From: Eledone cirrhosa
Lineage: Eukaryota
Assembly: GCA_964016885.1 (NCBI GenBank)
Contig: OZ024744.1
Coordinates: 39,866,001 to 39,930,000 of the forward strand
DNA: 64,000 nucleotides
Direction: 5' to 3'
The notes below the pieces were generated by a model. That model saw only the letters and a program-made list of their open reading frames with translations. It was not told where the DNA came from and did no database searches. The position numbers and the translations under genes are program-made. This document shows positions 35,001 through 50,000 of this stretch, in pieces (positions within the stretch are counted from its first letter, which is position 1; every line of letters starts with the position of its first letter).

Positions 35001-38000
35001 CAGCTATTGTTGATCCTACCCTGATGTTGACACCTATTGTTCATCCTACCCTAATGTTGACACCTATTGTTGGTCCTACCCTAATGTTGAGACCTATTGT
35101 TGATCCTACCCTAATGTTGACACATATTGTTGATCCTACCCTTATGTTGATACATATTGTTGATCCTACCCCAATATAGACACATATTGTTGATCCTATC
35201 CTGATGTTGACACCTATTGTTGATCCTCCCCTAATGTTGACACCTATTGTTGATCCTACCCTAATGTTGACACATATTGTTGATCCTATCCTGATGTTGA
35301 GACCTATCGTTGATACTACCCTGATGTTGACACCTATTGTTGATCCTACCCTAATGTTGACACCTATTGTTGATCCTACCCTGATGTTGACATGTATTGT
35401 TGATCCTACCCTAATGTTGACACATATTGTGGATCCTACCCCAATATTGACACCTATTCTTGATCCTACCCTAATTTTGACACCTATTGTTGATCCTACC
35501 CGGATGTTGACATCTATTGTTGATCCTACCCTAATTTTGACACCTATTGTTGATCCTACCCGGATGTTGACACCTATTGTTGATCCTACCCTAATGTTGA
35601 CACCTATTGTTGATACTACCCTAATGTTGACACCTATTGTTGATCCTACCCCAAGGATGACACCTATTGTTGATCCTACCCTGATGATGACATCTATTGT
35701 TGATCCTACCCCAAGGTTGACACCTATTGTTGACCCTACCCTAATGTGACACCTATTGTTGATCCTACCCTAATGTTGACACCTATTGTTGATCCTACCC
35801 TGATGTTGACACCTATTGTTGATCCTACCCTAATGTTGACACCTATTGTTGATACTACTCTGATGTTGACACCTATTGTTGATCCTACCATGATGTTGAC
35901 ACCTATTGTTGATCCTACCCTAATGTTGACACCTATTGTTGATTCTACCCTGATGTTGACACCTATTGTTGATCCTACCCTATTGTTGACACCTATTGTT
36001 GATCCTACCCTAATGTTGACACCTATTGTTGATCCTACCCTAATGTTCACACATATTGTTGATCCTACCCTGATGTTGACACCTATTGTTGATCCTACCC
36101 TGATGTTGACACCTATTGTTGATCCTATCCTAATGTTGACACCTATTGTTGATCCTATCCTGATGTTGACACATATTGTTGATCCTACCCTAATGTTGAC
36201 ACATATTGTTGATCCTACACTGATGTTGACATCTATTGTTGATCCTACCCTAATGTTGGCACATATTGTTGATCCTACCCTAATGTTGACACCTATTGTT
36301 GATCCTACCCTAATGTTGATACATATTGTTGATCCTACCCTAATGCTGATACATATTGTTGATCCTACCCTAATGTTGACACCTATTGTTGATCCTACCC
36401 TGATGTTGACATCTATTGTTGATCCTACCACAATGTTGACACTTATTGTTGATCCTACCCTGATGTTGACATCTATTGTTGATCCTATCCTAATGTTGAC
36501 ACCTATTGTTGATTCTATTCTGATGTTGACACATATTGTTGATCCTACCCTGATGTTGACATATATTGTTGATCCTAACCTAATGTTGACACACATAGTG
36601 GATCCTACCCTAATGTTGATACATATTGTTGATCCTACCCTGATGTTGACACCTATTGCTGATCCTACCCTAATGTTGACACATATTGTTGATCCTACTC
36701 TAATGTTGACACCTATTGGTGATCCTACCCCAATGTTGACACCTATTGTTGATCCTACCCTAATGTTGACACCTATTGTTGATTCTACCCTGATGTTGAC
36801 ACCTATTGTTGATCCTACCCTATTGTTGACACCTATTGTTGATCCTACCCTAATGTTGACACCTATTGTTGATCCTACCCTAATGTTCACACATATTGTT
36901 GATCCTACCCTGATGTTGACACCTATTGTTGGTCCTACCCTAATGTTGAGACCTATTGTTGATCCTACCCTAATTTTGATAAATATTGTTGATCCTACCC
37001 TGATGTTGACACCTATTGTTGATCCTACCCTAATGTTGACACCTATTGTTGATCCTACCCTGATGTTGACATCTATTGTTGACCCTATCCTAAAGTTGAC
37101 ACCTATTGTTGATCCTATCCTGATGTTGACACATATTGTTGATCCTACCCTAATGTTGACACATATTGTGGATCCTACACTTATGTTGACATCTATTGTT
37201 GATCCTACCCTAATGTTGGCACATATTGTGGATCCTACCCTAATGTTGACACCTATTGTTGATCCTACCCTAATGTTGATACATATTGTTGATCCTACCA
37301 TGATGTTGACACCTATTGTTGATCCTCCCCTAATGTTGACACCTATTGGTGATCCTACCCCAATGTTGACACCTATTGTTGATCCTACCCCAATGTTGAC
37401 ACCTATTGTTGATCCTACCCTAATGTTGACACCTATTGTTGATCCTACCCTAATGTTGACACCTATTGTTGATACTACCCTAATGTTGACACCTATTGTT
37501 GATCCTACCACAAGGTTGACACCTATTGTTAATCCTACCCTAATGTTGACACCTATTGTTGATCCTACCCTAATGTTGACACCTATTGTTGATCCTAACC
37601 TGATGTTGACACATATTGTTGATCCTACCCTAATGTTGACACCTATTGTTGATCCTATCCTGATGTTGACACATATTGTTGATCCTACCCTGATGTTGAC
37701 AACTATTGTTGATCCTATCCTAATGTTGACACATATTGTTGATCCTACCCTAATGTTGACACATATTGTTGATCCTACACTGATGTTGACATCTATTGTT
37801 GATCATACCCTAATGTTGACACCTATTGTTGATCCTACCCTGATGTTGACACCTATTGTTGATCCTATCCTGATGTTGACATCTATTGTTGATCCTACCA
37901 CAATGTTGACACTTATTGTTGATCCCCACCTGATGTTGACACCTATTGTTGATCCTACCCTAATGTTGACGCCTATTGTTGATCCTACCCTAATGTTGAC

Positions 38001-41000
38001 ATCTATTGTTGATCCTATCCTAATGTTGACACCTATTGTTGATCCTATCCTGATGTTGACACATATTGTTGATCCTACCCTAATGTTGACACATATTGTT
38101 GATCCTACACTGATGTTGACATCTATTGTTGATCCTACCCTAATGTTGGCACATATTGTGGATCCTACCCTAATGTTGATACATATTGTTGATCCTACCC
38201 TAATGTTGACACCTATTGTTGATCCTACCCTGATGTTGACATTTATTGTTGATCCTACTACAATGTTGACACTTATTGTTGATCCTACCCTGATGTTGAC
38301 ATCTATTGTTGATCCTACCCTAATGTTGACACCTATTGTTGATTCTATCCTGATGTTGACACATATTGTTGATCCTACCCTGATGTTGACATATATTGTT
38401 GATCCTACCTTAATGTTGACACACATTGTGGATCCTACCCTAATGTTGATACATATTGTTGATCCTACCCTGATGTTGACACCTATTGTTGATCCTACTC
38501 TAATGTTGACACATATTGTTGATCCTACTCTAATGTTGACACCTATTGGTGATCCTACCCCAATGTTGACACCTATTGTTGATCCTACCCTAATGTTGAC
38601 ACCTATTGTTGATTCTACCCTGATGTTGACACCTATTGTTGATCCTACCCTATTGTTGACCCTACCCTAATGTTGACACCTATTGTTGATCCTACCCTAA
38701 TGTTCACACATATTGTTGATGCTACCCTGATGTTGACAGCTATTGTTGATCCTACCCTGATGTTGACACCTATTGTTCATCCTACCCTAATGTTGACACC
38801 TATTGTTGGTCCTACCCTAATGTTGAGACCTATTGGTGATCCTACCCCAATGTTGACACCTATTGTTGATCCTACCCTAATGTTGACACCTTTTGTTGAT
38901 TCTACCCTGATGTTGACACCTATTGTTGATCCTACCCTATTGTTGACACCTATTGTTGATCCTACCCTAATGTTGAGACCTATTGTTGATCCTACCCTAA
39001 TGTTCACACATATATTGTTGATCCTACCCTGATGTTGACACCTATTGTTGATCCTACCCTGATGTTGACACCTATTGTTGATCCTACCCTAATGTTGAGA
39101 CCTATTGTTGGTCCTACCCTAATGTTGAGACCTATTGTTGATCCTACCCTAATGTTGACACATATTGTTGATCCTACCCTAATGTTGACACATATTGTTG
39201 ATCCTACCCTAATTTTGATAAATATTGTTGATCCTACCCTGATGTTGACATCTATTGTTGATCCTATCCTAATGTTGACACATATTGTGGATCCTACCCT
39301 AATGTTGATACATATTGTTGATCCTACCCTGATGTTGACACCTATTGTTGATCCTACCCTAATGTTGGCACCTATTGGTGATCCTACCCCAATGTTGACA
39401 CCTATTGTTGATCCTACCCTAATGTTGACACCTATTGTTGATCCTACCCTAATGTTGACACCTATTGTTGATACTACCCTAATGTTGACACCTATTGTTG
39501 ATCCTACCACAAGGTTGACACCTATTGTTAATCCTACCCTAATGTTGACACCTATTGTTGATCCTACCCTAATGTTGACACCTATTGTTGATCCTAACCT
39601 GATGTTGACACATATTGTTGATCCTACCCTAATGTTGACACCTATTGTTGATCCTACCCTGATGTTGACAACTATTGTTGATCCTATCCTAATGTTGACA
39701 CATATTGTTGATCCTACCCTAATGTTGACACATATTGTTGATCCTACACTGATGTTGACATCTATTGTTGATCATACCCTAATGTTGACACCTATTGTTG
39801 ATCCTACCCTGATGTTGACACCTATTGTTGATCCTATCCTGATGTTGACATCTATTGTTGATCCTACCACAATGTTGACACTTATTGTTGATCCCCACCT
39901 GATGTTGACACCTATTGTTGATCCTACCCTAATGTTGACGCCTATTGTTGATCCTACCCTAATGTTGACATCTATTGTTGATCCTATCCTAATGTTGACA
40001 CCTATTGTTGATCCTATCCTGATGTTGACACATATTGTTGATCCTACCCTAATGTTGACACATATTGTTGATCCTACACTGATGTTGACATCTATTGTTG
40101 ATCCTACCCTAATGTTGGCACATATTGTGGATCCTACCCTAATGTTGATACATATTGTTGATCCTACCCTAATGTTGACACCTATTGTTGATCCTACCCT
40201 GATGTTGACATTTATTGTTGATCCTACTACAATGTTGACACTTATTGTTGATCCTACCCTGATGTTGACATCTATTGTTGATCCTACCCTAATGTTGACA
40301 CCTATTGTTGATTCTATCCTGATGTTGACACATATTGTTGATCCTACCCTGATGTTGACATATATTGTTGATCCTACCTTAATGTTGACACACATTGTGG
40401 ATCCTACCCTAATGTTGATACATATTGTTGATCCTACCCTGATGTTGACACCTATTGTTGATCCTACTCTAATGTTGACACATATTGTTGATCCTACTCT
40501 AATGTTGACACCTATTGGTGATCCTACCCCAATGTTGACACCTATTGTTGATCCTACCCTAATGTTGACACCTATTGTTGATTCTACCCTGATGTTGACA
40601 CCTATTGTTGATCCTACCCTATTGTTGACCCTACCCTAATGTTGACACCTATTGTTGATCCTACCCTAATGTTCACACATATTGTTGATGCTACCCTGAT
40701 GTTGACAGCTATTGTTGATCCTACCCTGATGTTGACACCTATTGTTCATCCTACCCTAATGTTGACACCTATTGTTGGTCCTACCCTAATGTTGAGACCT
40801 ATTGTTGATCCTACCCTAATGTTGACACATATTGTTGATCCTACCCTTATGTTGATACATATTGTTGATCCTACCCCAATATAGACACATATTGTTGATC
40901 CTATCCTGATGTTGACACCTATTGTTGATCCTCCCCTAATGTTGACACCTATTGTTGATCCTACCCTAATGTTGACACATATTGTTGATCCTATCCTGAT

Positions 41001-44000
41001 GTTGAGACCTATCGTTGATACTACCCTGATGTTGACACCTATTGTTGATCCTACCCTAATGTTGACACCTATTGTTGATCCTACCCTGATGTTGACATGT
41101 ATTGTTGATCCTACCCTAATGTTGACACATATTGTGGATCCTACCCCAATATTGACACCTATTCTTGATCCTACCCTAATTTTGACACCTATTGTTGATC
41201 CTACCCGGATGTTGACATCTATTGTTGATCCTACCCTAATTTTGACACCTATTGTTGATCCTACCCGGATGTTGACACCTATTGTTGATCCTACCCTAAT
41301 GTTGACACCTATTGTTGATACTACCCTAATGTTGACACCTATTGTTGATCCTACCCCAAGGATGACACCTATTGTTGATCCTACCCTGATGATGACATCT
41401 ATTGTTGATCCTACCCCAAGGTTGACACCTATTGTTGACCCTACCCTAATGTGACACCTATTGTTGATCCTACCCTAATGTTGACACCTATTGTTGATCC
41501 TACCATGATGTTGACACCTATTGTTGATCCTACCCTAATGTTGACACCTATTGTTGATTCTACCCTGATGTTGACACCTATTGTTGATCCTACCCTATTG
41601 TTGACACCTATTGTTGATCCTACCCTAATGTTGACACCTATTGTTGATCCTACCCTAATGTTCACACATATTGTTGATCCTACCCTGATGTTGACACCTA
41701 TTGTTGATCCTACCCTGATGTTGACACCTATTGTTGATCCTATCCTAATGTTGACACCTATTGTTGATCCTATCCTGATGTTGACACATATTGTTGATCC
41801 TACCCTAATGTTGACACATATTGTTGATCCTACACTGATGTTGACATCTATTGTTGATCCTACCCTAATGTTGGCACATATTGTTGATCCTACCCTAATG
41901 TTGACACCTATTGTTGATCCTACCCTAATGTTGATACATATTGTTGATCCTACCCTAATGTTGATACATATTGTTGATCCTACCCTAATGTTGACACCTA
42001 TTGTTGATCCTACCCTGATGTTGACATCTATTGTTGATCCTACCACAATGTTGACACTTATTGTTGATCCTACCCTGATGTTGACATCTATTGTTGATCC
42101 TATCCTAATGTTGACACCTATTGTTGATTCTATCCTGATGTTGACACATATTGTTGATCCTACCCTGATGTTGACATATATTGTTGATCCTAACCTAATG
42201 TTGACACACATAGTGGATCCTACCCTAATGTTGATACATATTGTTGATCCTACCCTGATGTTGACACCTATTGCTGATCCTACCCTAATGTTGACACATA
42301 TTGTTGATCCTACTCTAATGTTGACACCTATTGGTGATCCTACCCCAATGTTGACACCTATTGTTGATCCTACCCTAATGTTGACACCTATTGTTGATTC
42401 TACCCTGATGTTGACACCTATTGTTGATCCTACCCTATTGTTGACACCTATTGTTGATCCTACCCTAATGTTGACACCTATTGTTGATCCTACCCTAATG
42501 TTCACACATATTGTTGATCCTACCCTGATGTTGACACCTATTGTTGGTCCTACCCTAATGTTGAGACCTATTGTTGATCCTACCCTAATTTTGATAAATA
42601 TTGTTGATCCTACCCTGATGTTGACACCTATTGTTGATCCTACCCTAATGTTGACACCTATTGTTGATCCTACCCTGATGTTGACATCTATTGTTGACCC
42701 TATCCTAAAGTTGACACCTATTGTTGATCCTATCCTGATGTTGACACATATTGTTGATCCTACCCTAATGTTGACACATATTGTGGATCCTACACTTATG
42801 TTGACATCTATTGTTGATCCTACCCTAATGTTGGCACATATTGTGGATCCTACCCTAATGTTGACACCTATTGTTGATCCTACCCTAATGTTGATACATA
42901 TTGTTGATCCTACCATGATGTTGACACCTATTGTTGATCCTCCCCTAATGTTGACACCTATTGGTGATCCTACCCCAATGTTGACACCTATTGTTGATCC
43001 TACCCCAATGTTGACACCTATTGTTGATCCTACCCTAATGTTGACACCTATTGTTGATCCTACCCTAATGTTGACACCTATTGTTGATACTACCCTAATG
43101 TTGACACCTATTGTTGATCCTACCACAAGGTTGACACCTATTGTTAATCCTACCCTAATGTTGACACCTATTGTTGATCCTACCCTAATGTTGACACCTA
43201 TTGTTGATCCTAACCTGATGTTGACACATATTGTTGATCCTACCCTAATGTTGACACCTATTGTTGATCCTATCCTGATGTTGACACATATTGTTGATCC
43301 TACCCTGATGTTGACAACTATTGTTGATCCTATCCTAATGTTGACACATATTGTTGATCCTACTCTAATGTTGACACATATTGTTGATCCTACACTGATG
43401 TTGACATCTATTGTTGATCATACCCTAATGTTGACACCTATTGTTGATCCTACCCTGATGTTGACACCTATTGTTGATCCTATCCTGATGTTGACATCTA
43501 TTGTTGATCCTACCACAATGTTGACACTTATTGTTGATCCCCACCTGATGTTGACACCTATTGTTGATCCTACCCTAATGTTGACGCCTATTGTTGATCC
43601 TACCCTAATGTTGACATCTATTGTTGATCCTATCCTAATGTTGACACCTATTGTTGATCCTATCCTGATGTTGACACATATTGTTGATCCTACCCTAATG
43701 TTGACACATATTGTTGATCCTACACTGATGTTGACATCTATTGTTGATCCTACCCTAATGTTGGCACATATTGTGGATCCTACCCTAATGTTGATACATA
43801 TTGTTGATCCTACCCTAATGTTGACACCTATTGTTGATCCTACCCTGATGTTGACATTTATTGTTGATCCTACTACAATGTTGACACTTATTGTTGATCC
43901 TACCCTGATGTTGACATCTATTGTTGATCCTACCCTAATGTTGACACCTATTGTTGATTCTATCCTGATGTTGACACATATTGTTGATCCTACCCTGATG

Positions 44001-47000
44001 TTGACATATATTGTTGATCCTACCTTAATGTTGACACACATTGTGGATCCTACCCTAATGTTGATACATATTGTTGATCCTACCCTGATGTTGACACCTA
44101 TTGTTGATCCTACTCTAATGTTGACACATATTGTTGATCCTACTCTAATGTTGACACCTATTGGTGATCCTACCCCAATGTTGACACCTATTGTTGATCC
44201 TACCCTAATGTTGACACCTATTGTTGATTCTACCCTGATGTTGACACCTATTGTTGATCCTACCCTATTGTTGACCCTACCCTAATGTTGACACCTATTG
44301 TTGATCCTACCCTAATGTTCACACATATTGTTGATGCTACCCTGATGTTGACAGCTATTGTTGATCCTACCCTGATGTTGACACCTATTGTTCATCCTAC
44401 CCTAATGTTGACACCTATTGTTGGTCCTACCCTAATGTTGAGACCTATTGTTGATCCTACCCTAATGTTGACACATATTGTTGATCCTACCCTTATGTTG
44501 ATACATATTGTTGATCCTACCCCAATATAGACACATATTGTTGATCCTATCCTGATGTTGACACCTATTGTTGATCCTCCCCTAATGTTGACACCTATTG
44601 TTGATCCTACCCTAATGTTGACACATATTGTTGATCCTATCCTGATGTTGAGACCTATCGTTGATACTACCCTGATGTTGACACCTATTGTTGATCCTAC
44701 CCTAATGTTGACACCTATTGTTGATCCTACCCTGATGTTGACATGTATTGTTGATCCTACCCTAATGTTGACACATATTGTGGATCCTACCCCAATATTG
44801 ACACCTATTCTTGATCCTACCCTAATTTTGACACCTATTGTTGATCCTACCCGGATGTTGACATCTATTGTTGATCCTACCCTAATTTTGACACCTATTG
44901 TTGATCCTACCCGGATGTTGACACCTATTGTTGATCCTACCCTAATGTTGACACCTATTGTTGATACTACCCTAATGTTGACACCTATTGTTGATCCTAC
45001 CCCAAGGATGACACCTATTGTTGATCCTACCCTGATGATGACATCTATTGTTGATCCTACCCCAAGGTTGACACCTATTGTTGACCCTACCCTAATGTGA
45101 CACCTATTGTTGATCCTACCCTAATGTTGACACCTATTGTTGATCCTACCCTGATGTTGACACCTATTGTTGATCCTACCCTAATGTTGACACCTATTGT
45201 TGATACTACTCTGATGTTGACACCTATTGTTGATCCTACCATGATGTTGACACCTATTGTTGATCCTACCCTAATGTTGACACCTATTGTTGATTCTACC
45301 CTGATGTTGACACCTATTGTTGATCCTACCCTATTGTTGACACCTATTGTTGATCCTACCCTAATGTTGACACCTATTGTTGATCCTACCCTAATGTTCA
45401 CACATATTGTTGATCCTACCCTGATGTTGACACCTATTGTTGATCCTACCCTGATGTTGACACCTATTGTTGATCCTATCCTAATGTTGACACCTATTGT
45501 TGATCCTATCCTGATGTTGACACATATTGTTGATCCTACCCTAATGTTGACACATATTGTTGATCCTACACTGATGTTGACATCTATTGTTGATCCTACC
45601 CTAATGTTGGCACATATTGTTGATCCTACCCTAATGTTGACACCTATTGTTGATCCTACCCTAATGTTGATACATATTGTTGATCCTACCCTAATGTTGA
45701 TACATATTGTTGATCCTACCCTAATGTTGACACCTATTGTTGATCCTACCCTGATGTTGACATCTATTGTTGATCCTACCACAATGTTGACACTTATTGT
45801 TGATCCTACCCTGATGTTGACATCTATTGTTGATCCTATCCTAATGTTGACACCTATTGTTGATTCTATCCTGATGTTGACACATATTGTTGATCCTACC
45901 CTGATGTTGACATATATTGTTGATCCTAACCTAATGTTGACACACATAGTGGATCCTACCCTAATGTTGATACATATTGTTGATCCTACCCTGATGTTGA
46001 CACCTATTGCTGATCCTACCCTAATGTTGACACATATTGTTGATCCTACTCTAATGTTGACACCTATTGGTGATCCTACCCCAATGTTGACACCTATTGT
46101 TGATCCTACCCTAATGTTGACACCTATTGTTGATTCTACCCTGATGTTGACACCTATTGTTGATCCTACCCTATTGTTGACGCCTATTGTTGATCCTACC
46201 CTAATGTTGACACCTATTGTTGATCCTACCCTAATGTTCACACATATTGTTGATCCTACCCTGATGTTGACACCTATTGTTGGTCCTACCCTAATGTTGA
46301 GACCTATTGTTGATCCTACCCTAATTTTGATAAATATTGTTGATCCTACCCTGATGTTGACACCTATTGTTGATCCTACCCTAATGTTGACACCTATTGT
46401 TGATCCTACCCTGATGTTGACATCTATTGTTGACCCTATCCTAAAGTTGACACCTATTGTTGATCCTATCCTGATGTTGACACATATTGTTGATCCTACC
46501 CTAATGTTGACACATATTGTGGATCCTACACTTATGTTGACATCTATTGTTGATCCTACCCTAATGTTGGCACATATTGTGGATCCTACCCTAATGTTGA
46601 CACCTATTGTTGATCCTACCCTAATGTTGATACATATTGTTGATCCTACCATGATGTTGACACCTATTGTTGATCCTCCCCTAATGTTGACACCTATTGG
46701 TGATCCTACCCCAATGTTGACACCTATTGTTGATCCTACCCTAATGTTGACACCTTTTGTTGATTCTACCCTGATGTTGACACCTATTGTTGATCCTACC
46801 CTATTGTTGACACCTATTGTTGATCCTACCCTAATGTTGAGACCTATTGTTGATCCTACCCTAATGTTCACACATATATTGTTGATCCTACCCTGATGTT
46901 GACACCTATTGTTGATCCTACCCTGATGTTGACACCTATTGTTGATCCTACCCTAATGTTGAGACCTATTGTTGGTCCTACCCTAATGTTGAGACCTATT

Positions 47001-50000
47001 GTTGATCCTACCCTAATGTTGACACATATTGTTGATCCTACCCTAATGTTGACACATATTGTTGATCCTACCCTAATTTTGATAAATATTGTTGATCCTA
47101 CCCTGATGTTGACATCTATTGTTGATCCTATCCTAATGTTGACACATATTGTGGATCCTACCCTAATGTTGATACATATTGTTGATCCTACCCTGATGTT
47201 GACACCTATTGTTGATCCTACCCTAATGTTGGCACCTATTGGTGATCCTACCCCAATGTTGACACCTATTGTTGATCCTACCCTAATGTTGACACCTATT
47301 GTTGATCCTACCCTAATGTTGACACCTATTGTTGATACTACCCTAATGTTGACACCTATTGTTGATCCTACCACAAGGTTGACACCTATTGTTAATCCTA
47401 CCCTAATGTTGACACCTATTGTTGATCCTACCCTAATGTTGACACCTATTGTTGATCCTAACCTGATGTTGACACATATTGTTGATCCTACCCTAATGTT
47501 GACACCTATTGTTGATCCTACCCTGATGTTGATATCTATTGTTGATCCTATCCTAATGTTGACACATATTGTTGATCCTACCCTAATGTTGACACATATT
47601 GTTGATCCTACACTGATGTTGACATCTATTGTTGATCCTACCCTAATGTTGACACCTATTGTTGATCCTACCCTGATGTTGACATCTATTGTTGACCCTA
47701 TCCTAAAGTTGACACCTATTGTTGATCCTATCCTGATGTTGACACATATTGTTGATCCTACCCTAATGTTGACACATATTGTGGATCCTACACTTATGTT
47801 GACATCTATTGTTGATCCTACCCTAATGTTGGCACATATTGTGGATCCTACCCTAATGTTGACACCTATTGTTGATCCTACCCTAATGTTGATACATATT
47901 GTTGATCCTACCCTAATGTTGACACATATTGTTGATCCTACTCTAATGTTGATACATATTGTTGATCCTACCCTAATGTTGACACCTATTGTTGATCCTA
48001 CCCTGATGTTGACATCTATTGTTGATCCTACCCTAATGTTGACACCTATTGTTGATCCTACCCTGATGTTGACATCTATTGTTGATCCTATCCTAAAGTT
48101 GACACCTATTGTTGATCCTATCCTGATGTTGACACATATTGTTGATCCTACCCTAATGTTGACACCTATTGTTGATACTACTCTGATGTTGACACCTATT
48201 GTTGATCCTACCATGATGTTGACACATATTGTTGATCCTACTCTAATGTTGACACCTATTGTTGATCCTACCCTGATGTTGACATCTATTGTTGATCCTA
48301 TCCTAATGTTGACACATATTGTTGATCCTACCCTAATGTTGACACATATTGTTGATCCTACACTGATGTTGACATCTATTGTTGATCCTACCCTAATGTT
48401 GACACCTATTGTTGATCCTACCCTGATGTTGACATCTATTGTTGATCCTATCCTTGAGTTGACACCTATTGTTGATCCTATCCTGATGTTGACACATATT
48501 GTTGATCCTACCCTAATGTTGACACATATTGTTGATCCTACACTTATGTTGACATCTATTGTTGATCCTACCCTAATGTTGGCACATATTGTGGATCCTA
48601 CCCTAATGTTGACACCTATTGTTGATCCTACCCTAATGTTGATACATATTGTTGATCCTACCCTAATGTTGACACATATTGTTGATCCTACTCTAATATT
48701 GATACATATTGTTGATCCTACCCTAATGTTGACACCTATTGTTGATCCTACCCTGATGTTGACATCTATTGTTGATCCTACCCTAATGTTGACACCTATT
48801 GTTGATCCTACCCTGATGTTGACATCTATTGTTGATCCTATCCTAAAGTTGACACCTATTGTTGATCCTATCCTGATGTTGACACATATTGTTGATCCTA
48901 CCCTAATGTTGATACATATTGTTGATCCTACTCTAATGTTGATACATATTGTTGATCCTACCCTAATGTTGACACCTATTGTTGATCCTACCCTGATGTT
49001 GACATCTATTGTTGATCCTACCCCAAGGTTGACACCTATTGTTGATCCTACCCTAATGTGACACCTATTGTTGATCCTATCCTAAAGTTGACACCTATTG
49101 TTGATCCTACCCTGATGTTGACATCTATTGTTGATCCTATCCTAATGTTGACACCTATTGTTGATCCTATCCTGATGTTGACACATATTGTTGATCCTAC
49201 CCTAATGTTGACACATATTGTTGATCCTACACTGATGTTGACATCTATTGTTGATCCTACCCTAATGTTGGCACATATTGTGGATCCTACCCTAATGTTG
49301 ATACATATTGTTGATCCTACCCTAATGTTGACACCTATTGTTGATCCTACCCTGATGTTGACATTTATTGTTGATCCTACTACAATGTTGACACTTATTG
49401 TTGATCCTACCCTGATGTTGACATCTATTGTTGATCCTACCCTAATGTTGACACCTATTGTTGATTCTATCCTGATGTTGACACATATTGTTGATCCTAC
49501 CCTGATGTTGACATATATTGTTGATCCTACCTTAATGTTGACACACATTGTGGATCCTACCCTAATGTTGATACATATTGTTGATCCTACCCTGATGTTG
49601 ACACCTATTGTTGATCCTACTCTAATGTTGACACATATTGTTGATCCTACTCTAATGTTGACACCTATTGGTGATCCTACCCCAATGTTGACACCTATTG
49701 TTGATCCTACCCTAATGTTGACACCTATTGTTGATTCTACCCTGATGTTGACACCTATTGTTGATCCTACCCTATTGTTGACACCTATTGTTGATCCTAC
49801 CCTAATGTTGACACCTATTGTTGATCCTACCCTAATGTTCACACATATTGTTGATGCTACCCTGATGTTGACAGCTATTGTTGATCCTACCCTGATGCTG
49901 ACACCTATTGTTCATCCTACCCTAATGTTGACACCTATTGTTGGTCCTACCCTAATGTTGAGACCTATTGTTGATCCTACCCTAATGTTGACACATATTG